DNA of 26,455 nucleotides from Gemmatimonadota bacterium (lineage in GTDB: Bacteria > Gemmatimonadota > Gemmatimonadetes > Gemmatimonadales > GWC2-71-9): contig JBDHKN010000083.1 in NCBI GenBank assembly GCA_039586365.1, forward strand, positions 1 to 26,455, read 5' to 3'. A program made the translations under genes and the position numbers. Below are positions 8,812 through 16,339 of this stretch, one piece after another. Every line of letters starts with the position of its first letter. Position 1 is the first letter of the stretch. The notes beneath the pieces are model-generated. The model was not told the origin of the DNA, searched no databases, and was given only the letters and a program-made list of their open reading frames with translations.

Positions 8812-9927
8812 CTACCCTCTTGGTATCCAATAACCCGTCGTAGCGAACACCTGCGCCCGTTCCGTGATAGAGGCTCTCTGCTCCTGGTTGAGGGGCGCGA
8901 ACGTTGACGCCGCCGCCAGGATTCCATCGAGTGTGAAGTGAGAGTCGATCCCGATTGTGGCCGCAGTGACGGGGAGTGAAAGCACGTAGTGAGCGTAGTC
9001 GGTCCAAGTGGGAAGGTCCCACCGATCCCACGCTCCTGGTGGAGGACCGTACTGCTCGATGCGGTCGGGTGTCGTCGCGTTCGCTGGAAAGAAGTAACCG
9101 TTGCCGCACGTCTTCATCGCGATGATCGCGATTCCCCGCTCGGCGGCCAGCGGGATCACCGTAGGTTCGAAGTCCGGTACCCGAACCGCATTGATGGGCA
9201 GCTGGATCGCTTGAGGATCGAGCCGTTCCATCCCTGCCAGCGCCGTGTCGGGGGTGTGGGTCGAGAAGCCGCGAAAACGGATCACCTTCTCGTCGATCAT
9301 CTTCCGCAGAGCTCGCTCTGCGCCGTTGGGCCTCGTCACCGCCTCCACTTCTGCCAAGTTCCTGAGGAAGTGGTGCAGCACGAGATCGAGATAGTCGGTG
9401 TTCATCCGCTGCATGCTGCGCTCAATCTCGCGCATGGCTCCGTCGTAACCTCTCTCATCCACCTTCGTCTCCAGGAAGACGCGCGACCGGTGCGTCCTCA
9501 TGGCCAGGCCGATCCGTTTCTCGGCGATGCCGTCCGGACCGTAGTTCGCGCCGGTTTCCACAAACTCGATTCCCCGGTCGATGGCCCGACGGATCAGTTC
9601 GGCGGCATCCTCATCGTCGGAGATCGGGTTGTAGAAGCGACTTCCCGCTCCGAAACCGACGATCGTGATCGCCACCCCCGTGTTCCCAAACGGGCGCTTG
9701 GGAATCGGCGGAGCCGCAGGAATGACTACTGCACCCGCAGCATCAGCTGACGAGCTAAAGGCACTCGCCAGGAGGCCGCCCCCACCCGCGGCCACAGCAT
9801 GGGTGAAGAAGTCGCGACGCGTGAGATCCGTCCGCTTGGCTTGATCGCTCAATGGCTTCACCCTTTCTGTAGCAAACGACGGCTGAGGGTCACCGTCACC
9901 AATACTATCACGGGGCTTGTCGCTCAT
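8812..9927 (-). CDS. Aldo/keto reductase-family protein with twin-arginine signal
   Basis: 'IPKRPFGNTGV..TIVGFG', 'GIEFVETGANY', 'VFLETK', 'DYLDLVLHH', 'GFSTH', 'IIAMK'. 'TRRDFF' precedes a hydrophobic stretch ending in ADA. GGGAG SD. Confidence 0.88.
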   Translation of the reverse strand: MSDKPRDSIGDGDPQPSFATERVKPLSDQAKRTDLTRRDFFTHAVAAGGGGLLASAFSSSADAAGAVVIPAAPPIPKRPFGNTGVAITIVGFGAGSRFYNPISDDEDAAELIRRAIDRGIEFVETGANYGPDGIAEKRIGLAMRTHRSRVFLETKVDERGYDGAMREIERSMQRMNTDYLDLVLHHFLRNLAEVEAVTRPNGAERALRKMIDEKVIRFRGFSTHTPDTALAGMERLDPQAIQLPINAVRVPDFEPTVIPLAAERGIAIIAMKTCGNGYFFPANATTPDRIEQYGPPPGAWDRWDLPTWTDYAHYVLSLPVTAATIGIDSHFTLDGILAAASTFAPLNQEQRASITERAQVFATTGYWIPRG

Positions 9928-10082
9928 AGTGTACTCCCAGAGACAACGGATGGAAGACTTGTGGCAGAGCTAAAGGTTGCACCGGTATCAGGCGGACGGC
10001 AAGCACCGCGCCTGCCGTGCGAAGCGCATGCACGGTCTCGTGGGTGCGGAGCAACCTGGTGCCACCGTCCCCACTCGGAACG

Positions 10083-10122
10083 ACTGAGGCCCTGGCAACA
10101 TATGCGTTGTCCGGGCCTCAGT
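10083..10122. terminator. Long stem-loop between the VPS10-like gene and the AKR gene
   Basis: ACTGAGGCCC(10083-92)/GGGCCTCAGT(10113-22) plus inner GGCAAC/GTTGTC pairing; no U-tract. Confidence 0.5.
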
Positions 10123-10163
10123 GCTTCCCACACCTTAGCTATCAGGCGTTAATGTGCTGCGCG

Positions 10164-13100
10164 CTAGGGCCGCCAGTTCGGAATGCGCCCGCTGGTCCAC
10201 GGCGCGCCTGCCGCTTCCGCCGCGCCCTCGATCCGTTTGAGGTCCACTTCAACTGCGCGACGAAGGCGTTCGAGAATGCCGCCCAACTCAGCGGCGATGA
10301 TGTCGTACTGTTCCCGTTGCGTCCCGGTCACATCATGCAACGCGGTTGACCACGCCCCGCCCGTGATGCGGCCCAACCGTTGTACCAGTGACGGTGGCGT
10401 CGGCTCCCGCCCCCGCCTCACCGTTGGATCGCCACTCAACGCCCATTGGATCGCCTGGACACTGTCTTCCAGAGCACGGAGGTCACTGCCGATCTGCGGA
10501 TCAGCGTTGGGCGTTTCGGCGAGTGCGCGTCTCAACAGCCCGATTCGGCTCATTGCTTCGCCCGCAGCCGAATTGGCGCCTAGCAGCGCGCGCTGCAGAG
10601 CTGCCGCACGCTGCTGGAAGGCCAGTACGGCTGGTGGCCGCGGCGTCGGGACGTCGTCGAGCGGGTACACTTCGAAGGTCTGTGGTTGACCGACAGGTGT
10701 GGTAACCCCTGCCACCTTCTTTGCGAGCGACACCGTGTAACTGCCGGGCACGACGTACGGCCCGCCACCACCGCCGCCGAAGCCACCACCCCCACCGAAC
10801 CCACCACCTCCCCCACCGCTCGTGATCGGGCTGGACGACGGGTACCGCAGATCCCACGTCACACGAGTGAGGCCGGCCGACGTGCGACCTGTGAGCCGCC
10901 GCACCACGCGGCCTTCCGGATCAGTCACCGTGAGGATCATGGTGGGAGCCTCCTCGGCGGCCTCGGCGCGAAGCGAATCCCACGAGGGGTAGAACACATC
11001 CTCGCCGCGCCGCGCAGCTGCCCGTTCGGCCCGCTCACGCTCCTCCTGCTTACTGCGGATGGCATCCTTGAGATAGTAGTGGAAGGTCGCGCCGGCTGGA
11101 GGGTTAGCGGACGTGAAGAACCGCTCACCCTGCCAGCTCGGGTCGGGCGATGACTGCACGAACAGCGGCACTCGGGGGACCGGAAGCAATCCACCCTCGC
11201 TCGCGAGTAGTTGTGGAGAGAGCGCACGCAGCGCCTCTAGATCGTCCAACACATAGAAGCCGCGTCCGAACGTGGCGAGCACCAAGTCGTCTTCACGTTG
11301 CTGGATCGCGATGTCGCGCACGAAGATCGTCGGTAGCCCACCTCGCAGCTGCGTCCAACGCTCCCCGCCGTTGTTGGAGAAGTAGAGCCCGAACTCGGTA
11401 CCGGCAAACAAGAGATTGGGATCTCTGTAATCTTCGATGACGACGTATGCAGTCCCCCGCTCTGGCAGGTTGTTCTGGATCAGGGTCCACGAGCGACCCA
11501 GGTCCGTGCTCTTAGCGATATAGGGTCTGTAATCGCCGGCCTTGTGATTGTCGAACGCCACGTAGATCGTGTTGACGTCGTGCGCCGATGGCGTCACGCG
11601 ACTGATGAATGTCGTGTCAGGCACACCGCGCACTGATTCGATCGCGCGCCAGTTCTCCCCGCCGTCCTCGCTCACTTGGATCAGCCCGTCGTCGGTGCCA
11701 GCCCACAGAAGCCCTTCCTGGATAGGCGACTCGGCAAAGCTCACGATGCTGCCGAACAGCGAAGTGGACGTGTTCTTGGCCACCGCATCGATACTCCAAA
11801 CACGGCCCATCATCTTGAGCCGGTTGCGGTCGATCTGGCGCGTCAGGTCGGGGCTCACCGCACGCCAACTGCTGCCGCGGTCGTCGCTGCGGAATAGGCG
11901 ATTGGCTGCGAAGTAGATGCGCGATGGGGAATGAGGGCTGATGAGGAGTGGCGCGTCCCAATGCCAGCGGAGCCCTGGCTCACCTGGCTCTGGCTGCGGC
12001 ACTATAGACACCCTCTCACCGGTCGCCAGGTTGAAGCGTGACAGGCCCCCGTTCTGTGATTCCGCGTACACGATGTTCGGGTCGGTGGGGTCAACGCGCG
12101 AATAGAACCCGTCGCCGCCCTGGGTCAGGAACCAGTCACCGTTGGTACCGCCCCTACGCGTACGGGTCTGCGAAGGACCACCCACCGAGCTGTTGTCTTG
12201 TGTGCCACCGAATACGCGATAGAACGGCTCGAAGTTGTCGACCTCCACCCGGTAGAATTGGCCCAACGGTAGGTTCTGGAACCAATCGTAGGTGGCCCCG
12301 CGGTCGAAGCTCTCGTACAACCCACCGTCGCAGCCGAGAATCAGGTGATCTGTGTCATCGGGATCGATCCACAGAGCCTGGTTGTCGACATGCTTGTTTT
12401 GCTCGCCCAACGGCTGGAACGTGCGACCGCCGTCGTCGCTGATCATGTTACGCGTGTCGTTCACGTAAACCCGATTCACATTGGCCGGGTCCGCGTAGAT
12501 CTCTTGGTAGTAGAGACCGATCGTGACCTGGCCGCTCATCCGCTGCCACGTGGCGCCGTTGTCCTGCGAGCGATAGAACCCGCCGTTACTCGCCGCTTCG
12601 ACAATGGCGTATACAACGTCCGGATTTACCGGTGAGATCGCGAGTCCGATGCGCCCGAGGTCTCCACTCGGGAGACCGCGTTGGGAGCGGGTCCACGTGA
12701 CTCCACCGTCGGTGGAGCGGTGCACGCCCGACTCCGGACCACCCGAGATCCAGCCCCACTGACGGCGAGCGCGCTGCCATACGGAGGCGATCAACACGTC
12801 GGGGTTGCGCGGGTCCATCACCACATCGTTCACCCCGGCCCACTCGCCACCATCCAAGATCTTGGTCCATGACTTCCCACCGTCGCTCGTCTTGTAGAGA
12901 CCGCGTTCGCCACCGCCGCTGAACACCGGCCCGTGGGCAGCCACGTAGACGACATCCGAGTTCCGCGGGTCGATCACGATGCGCCCGATGTGCTCTGACT
13001 GTTTAAGACCCATATTCTGCCAGCTGCGGCCGCCGTCGATCGACTTGTATACGCCGTCGCCGTAGGAAACGGAGCGCTGAGCGTTGTTCTCGCCCGAACC

Positions 13101-13478
13101 TACCCAGACTACGCTGGGGTTTTTCGCATCTATCACCACCACACCGATCGAGTAGGAGCCCTCTCCGTCGAAGATGGGCGAGAAGCTGGTCCCGGCGTTG
13201 GTCGTCTTCCACAGTCCGCCCGAAGCGGCGGCTACGTACCAAGTGGATCGGCGAGTTGGGTGGACGGCGATGTCGCTAATGCGGCCTGAGATGACGGCCG
13301 GCCCGATGGAGCGAAACCGGAGGCCACCTACCGCAGCAGCTAATGGATCACGCTGTCCGCTGGTGTCGGACCCAGCCTGACCGCCGCGCTGGGCCTCGGA
13401 GCTGGCGGGAGTGAAAGTCGCTAACACCACCAAGGCAGTGGTGAGTATCAAGGTGCAGACGGCTCGTCGTAATGGCAT
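10164..13478 (-). CDS. Exported VPS10/sortilin-like BNR-repeat beta-propeller protein (often annotated glycosyl hydrolase)
   Basis: 'FRSIGPAVISGRISDIAV', many Asp-box repeats (SxDGGxxW), 'HVDNQALWIDP', 'GGTQDN', 'GGDGF', 'ATFGRGFYVLDD', FlgD-like region and helical tail. Start moved to the ATG at 13478 (GAGGA SD, signal peptide ending SEA-Q). Confidence 0.9.
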   Translation of the reverse strand: MPLRRAVCTLILTTALVVLATFTPASSEAQRGGQAGSDTSGQRDPLAAAVGGLRFRSIGPAVISGRISDIAVHPTRRSTWYVAAASGGLWKTTNAGTSFSPIFDGEGSYSIGVVVIDAKNPSVVWVGSGENNAQRSVSYGDGVYKSIDGGRSWQNMGLKQSEHIGRIVIDPRNSDVVYVAAHGPVFSGGGERGLYKTSDGGKSWTKILDGGEWAGVNDVVMDPRNPDVLIASVWQRARRQWGWISGGPESGVHRSTDGGVTWTRSQRGLPSGDLGRIGLAISPVNPDVVYAIVEAASNGGFYRSQDNGATWQRMSGQVTIGLYYQEIYADPANVNRVYVNDTRNMISDDGGRTFQPLGEQNKHVDNQALWIDPDDTDHLILGCDGGLYESFDRGATYDWFQNLPLGQFYRVEVDNFEPFYRVFGGTQDNSSVGGPSQTRTRRGGTNGDWFLTQGGDGFYSRVDPTDPNIVYAESQNGGLSRFNLATGERVSIVPQPEPGEPGLRWHWDAPLLISPHSPSRIYFAANRLFRSDDRGSSWRAVSPDLTRQIDRNRLKMMGRVWSIDAVAKNTSTSLFGSIVSFAESPIQEGLLWAGTDDGLIQVSEDGGENWRAIESVRGVPDTTFISRVTPSAHDVNTIYVAFDNHKAGDYRPYIAKSTDLGRSWTLIQNNLPERGTAYVVIEDYRDPNLLFAGTEFGLYFSNNGGERWTQLRGGLPTIFVRDIAIQQREDDLVLATFGRGFYVLDDLEALRALSPQLLASEGGLLPVPRVPLFVQSSPDPSWQGERFFTSANPPAGATFHYYLKDAIRSKQEERERAERAAARRGEDVFYPSWDSLRAEAAEEAPTMILTVTDPEGRVVRRLTGRTSAGLTRVTWDLRYPSSSPITSGGGGGGFGGGGGFGGGGGGPYVVPGSYTVSLAKKVAGVTTPVGQPQTFEVYPLDDVPTPRPPAVLAFQQRAAALQRALLGANSAAGEAMSRIGLLRRALAETPNADPQIGSDLRALEDSVQAIQWALSGDPTVRRGREPTPPSLVQRLGRITGGAWSTALHDVTGTQREQYDIIAAELGGILERLRRAVEVDLKRIEGAAEAAGAPWTSGRIPNWRP

Positions 13479-13685
13479 GAGCGTGCAGTCCTCATAGTCT
13501 GGACGTGGGAGGGTGTCGGACCCGGCCTGTTCGCCGAACCAAGGATCTATGGAAATTACACACGTACCGCGGTGAGCGCAGGATCTACGGACTCGTGCCC
13601 ACCTCAATTCGCGACACGATCTCCCACCGACAACGGCCACTGCTCGCCCGCGCAGCTGCACGGGTGCAACGCGTAGGACTAGCGC

Positions 13686-13788
13686 GCTCGCGACGTGAGC
13701 AAGACCCTGGTACGTGAGATGGCGGACGCCGTGGCCTCTAGCGGAATGGAGGATGTGGGCTACGAGTATGCGGTCAGACGATTGCCGG
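13686..13788 (+). pseudogene. Relic of a GH27 alpha-galactosidase gene (~34 codons)
   Basis: Reads ARDVSKTLVREMADAVASSGMEDVGYEYAV, then after a frameshift GAC GAT TGC CGG (D-D-C-R). This resembles the GH27 segment 'CDVSE.LIREMADAMVSSGM.DAGYEY..IDDCW' as I recall it. Confidence 0.7.
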
Positions 13789-13822
13789 ACGTGCTGCCGA
13801 TTTACCTCAGGCGTCAGCCGGC

Positions 13823-13846
13823 AGAGGGCCGGAGAACCGGCCCTCT
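13823..13846. terminator. Stem-loop downstream of 13872-14312
   Basis: AGAGGGCCGG-agaa-CCGGCCCTCT, a perfect 10-bp stem 25 nt past the stop. Confidence 0.55.
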
Positions 13847-13871
13847 TGGCTTGGGCACACTTCTACAGCGC

Positions 13872-14312
13872 TTACTGGTAGTCGACGATCGACTCGGTAA
13901 GCGGGTTGTTCAGAATCACGTTGATTCTCTCGCCAGGCGTCGCAAAGAGCGGTCGGCTCTTGATGCCTTGCACGTAGTCAATCAGCGTCGAGAAGGCTCC
14001 GCGATCCCTGAAGGAATAGACCTTGATTCGGAACGCAGTATCGCCATAGCTGAGCCGGGCCGGAAGTCGGAACGTACGCCCCGAGTTGCGATGCACTTCG
14101 CCGAGCCGGAACCGCCTACCGTCTTCAGCAACTGCATAGACCGCGACGTTCAACGCATGATCATTGCGGACCACCACTGTGGCTCCGGGACCCTGGGGTG
14201 CACCAAGTACGGCCTCACCGCGGGTCGGAACCGCTGCATTGGCTGGCATTACTGCTAGCACCGTCGCCAGCCCTGCGGCGATCAACGGAAATCGAGTCTT
14301 GCTTGCCAGCAT
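13872..14312 (-). CDS. Exported hypothetical protein with small beta-rich domain
   Basis: AGGAGG SD; signal peptide ending ANA-A; beta-strand pattern 'TVVVRNDHALNVAVYAV..G.RFRLGEV....RTFRLP'; downstream hairpin. Confidence 0.8.
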   Translation of the reverse strand: MLASKTRFPLIAAGLATVLAVMPANAAVPTRGEAVLGAPQGPGATVVVRNDHALNVAVYAVAEDGRRFRLGEVHRNSGRTFRLPARLSYGDTAFRIKVYSFRDRGAFSTLIDYVQGIKSRPLFATPGERINVILNNPLTESIVDYQ

Positions 14313-14337
14313 AGCTACTCACCCCCTCCTGTGTCTT

Positions 14338-14400
14338 AGCCAAACAAAACCATCGATCTGTCACGTATATATACGCAACATAGCTAGTGTTTGTTTCGGC
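14338..14400. promoter_or_regulatory. AT-rich imperfect palindrome upstream of 14312 (candidate operator or promoter)
   Basis: Perfect core CGTATATATACG (14364-14375) with outer arms AAACAAA / TTTGTTT. Confidence 0.45.
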
Positions 14401-14503
14401 GGACGGTCAGGTTGGGAGACTTTCAGGACCGGACGCGATCGGCACGGGCGGTCAGGCCCTGGTACGGGACCACCCATTGGCAACCGAATACGGTGACCAG
14501 GAA

Positions 14504-14530
14504 AGAGGGCCGGTGGTGGACCGGCCCGCT
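14504..14530 (-). terminator. Stem-loop downstream of 14597-15346
   Basis: AGAGGGCCGGT-ggtgg-ACCGGCCCGCT with 10/11 pairs; ends in TTT on the minus strand. Confidence 0.5.
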
Positions 14531-14596
14531 GTGTTGCCCTAGCGGTGTGACCTTATTTGCTCAGGGCATCGCGTCAACCTGCATCGTGCGTCACGC

Positions 14597-15346
14597 TCAT
14601 GGTTTCGGGCAAAGATCCCGGCTCGGTTGCCGCTGGAGATCCCGAGGTATGACCAGCGATATGGTATCGCCGGGTTCGGCATAGAACCGGTCCGAGAGCC
14701 TGCAGGGAATCTGATCCGGCCCTTCACTCACCACCGCCTCTGGGCTGTCCCCGAGGTCGATGATGAATTGGAAGTCACCGGTGGGGCTGTTGAACGGCAG
14801 GGTCCGATTGTTGTGAGCTCCCACCGGGCCCAGCCGCATGCGACGCTCACGGTAAAGGAGAGAGATGATCGCTGCAGAATCGTTCTGATTGTCCACGCTC
14901 ACCAACGCGGCAGTGGAACCACGCTGACACGCTTGGGTATAGAGGAATCCGGCTCTGTCATAGTCTTCAGCCGTTGAAGTCGAGTCGAATATGGGTGACC
15001 ACTCCGGTTGCCGATAAGCTAATTGAGCTGTCCTCCTCTCGTTCGTACTGAGCAGCTCCCGTTTTGCACGAACGAGCTGGTTGAGGCAGTCCACCTCAAT
15101 CAGCCTTTCGTTGCGTCTCCGGTGGGGGTACGGCGGTCCAAAAAGCGCACCCCAATATGGGTACCCCTGTGCCCGGTCAAGCTCTCTTACCCACGTCTCC
15201 ACCAAGCCATCACCCAGCAGCCGGGCATGAGCCGTGTCAACACCAAATCTGCCATGGGGGGTTTGTAGCTCGGCCCAGCGCGTGCTTCCCGCGCATGCGA
15301 ACGACACACCGGCAACCGCCAGAGAAAAGACCAAAGTACGCACCAT
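14597..15346 (-). CDS. Hypothetical two-domain probable lipoprotein
   Basis: Start set to the ATG at 15346 (AGAGG SD); 'MVRTLVFSLAVAGVSFAC' is lipobox-like. The N-domain 'VDT....G.VETW...IEVDC...W.PI...C' resembles surface-adhesin-E-like folds (tentative). The C-domain resembles the neighbouring protein. Confidence 0.7.
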   Translation of the reverse strand: MVRTLVFSLAVAGVSFACAGSTRWAELQTPHGRFGVDTAHARLLGDGLVETWVRELDRAQGYPYWGALFGPPYPHRRRNERLIEVDCLNQLVRAKRELLSTNERRTAQLAYRQPEWSPIFDSTSTAEDYDRAGFLYTQACQRGSTAALVSVDNQNDSAAIISLLYRERRMRLGPVGAHNNRTLPFNSPTGDFQFIIDLGDSPEAVVSEGPDQIPCRLSDRFYAEPGDTISLVIPRDLQRQPSRDLCPKP

Positions 15347-15561
15347 CGGAACGCCTCTCTTTGTGGTCCAAGATAGCATCACCCGCATCATTCGAGCCAG
15401 TGAACTACAATGCCTAATACCATGTGATACTTTCACTTATGGGCCTGCCACCCCGAGCGAGGTGTTCCCATTCGAGGACACGAGCGTCACACTAGAAGTG
15501 ATCCGGTGGCCAGCGTGCGGAACGTGGTCAACCGAGGGTATGGGTGTCTCCTACGATGGTT

Positions 15562-15640
15562 AGTTCACCAGCTCAACACAAACGCTCTGCTCTCCGCTGG
15601 AGGATCGCCCCAACTGCGAGAGCGTTTTATGGCTGGAACT
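15562..15640. other. Long imperfect hairpin downstream of the CoA-binding gene
   Basis: AAACGCTCT(15580-88)/AGAGCGTTT(15619-27) with outer AGTTC..CCAGC / GCTGGAACT arms. Confidence 0.45.
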
Positions 15641-15656
15641 GCAGCCGGCGCCTCGG

Positions 15657-16100
15657 CTAGCTGGGCAGCTTGCCGAGCAGCTTCCACAACCAGTGATGCA
15701 GCTTATGACCACCGGTGGGTGCGGCAAACATCAAGATGCACTCTCCATGCACCACACTAATCCCCTGGTCTAGGCAGTATCTGATCGCAGCCGCAGACTC
15801 TGCTCCCTGCTGCAGCCACACTCGCCGGATTCCTGCCTGGTCCGCTTCTCGCACCACCTGCTCCGTTTGGGCGGGCGGGACCACCACCAACACTCCTCCG
15901 ACCGGCTCCGGTAGTTCGTTCAGATTCGGGTAACAGCGCTCTCCACCGATGCTCTCAGCCTCCGGGTGCACGGGGACTACGCGATACCCTTTTGTTCTCA
16001 ACTCGCGGCTGGCCGCATTGCCGAATTTCTTCCCACTGCGAGATACGCCGACCACGGCCAGTGTCCGTTGACTCAAGAAATCATCGATTGCCGCTTTCAT
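15657..16100 (-). CDS. CoA-binding protein (YccU-like Rossmann fold)
   Basis: 'TLAVVGVSRSGKKFG', 'GYRVVPVHP', 'CYPNL..LP', 'VWLQQGA', 'ECILM'. Start set to the ATG at 16100 (GGAGG SD). Confidence 0.92.
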   Translation of the reverse strand: MKAAIDDFLSQRTLAVVGVSRSGKKFGNAASRELRTKGYRVVPVHPEAESIGGERCYPNLNELPEPVGGVLVVVPPAQTEQVVREADQAGIRRVWLQQGAESAAAIRYCLDQGISVVHGECILMFAAPTGGHKLHHWLWKLLGKLPS

Positions 16101-16339
16101 TGTCCCTCCATCTCCTAACCACGCAGTCTCGCTGCCTCGTGCCCATTTCACAGCTCAACCAGTCAGCGTTCACTTGCTTCACCTCACGTCATTCACGCCT
16201 GCATTCGACTCATGGTTGTGGGTTCAGTTGCGTTTGCAGCACTCCCGAGAGGGATGACCAGGTGCCGCCCATGAGTGCGTTGGCCAGTTGTCGCTGGCTT
16301 TCACCCGCATTGATTAGCCAGGCTAGCACCCCGCTCAGC

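Noticed and set aside
10083..10155. attC-like look of CTTAGCTATCAGGCGTTAAT
   Set aside because: No complementary R'' box, and the neighbouring genes are large and not cassette-like.
13695..14258. 187-aa plus-strand ORF as a real gene
   Set aside because: Only the first ~27 codons look protein-like (GH27 relic). The rest is mostly antisense to 13872-14312, which has an SD, a signal peptide and a downstream hairpin.
15437..15563. Possible additional gene relic (YGPATPSEVFPFEDTSVTLEVIRW...)
   Set aside because: I recognised no family; it cannot be supported without blastx.
15569..16159. Integron cassette idea: GTTGAGC (GTTRRRY) flanks the CoA-binding gene at 15571-77 and 16153-59, with a hairpin downstream
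   Set aside because: No matching RYYYAAC inverse core pairs with it, no L-box geometry is evident, and there is no integrase or cassette array.
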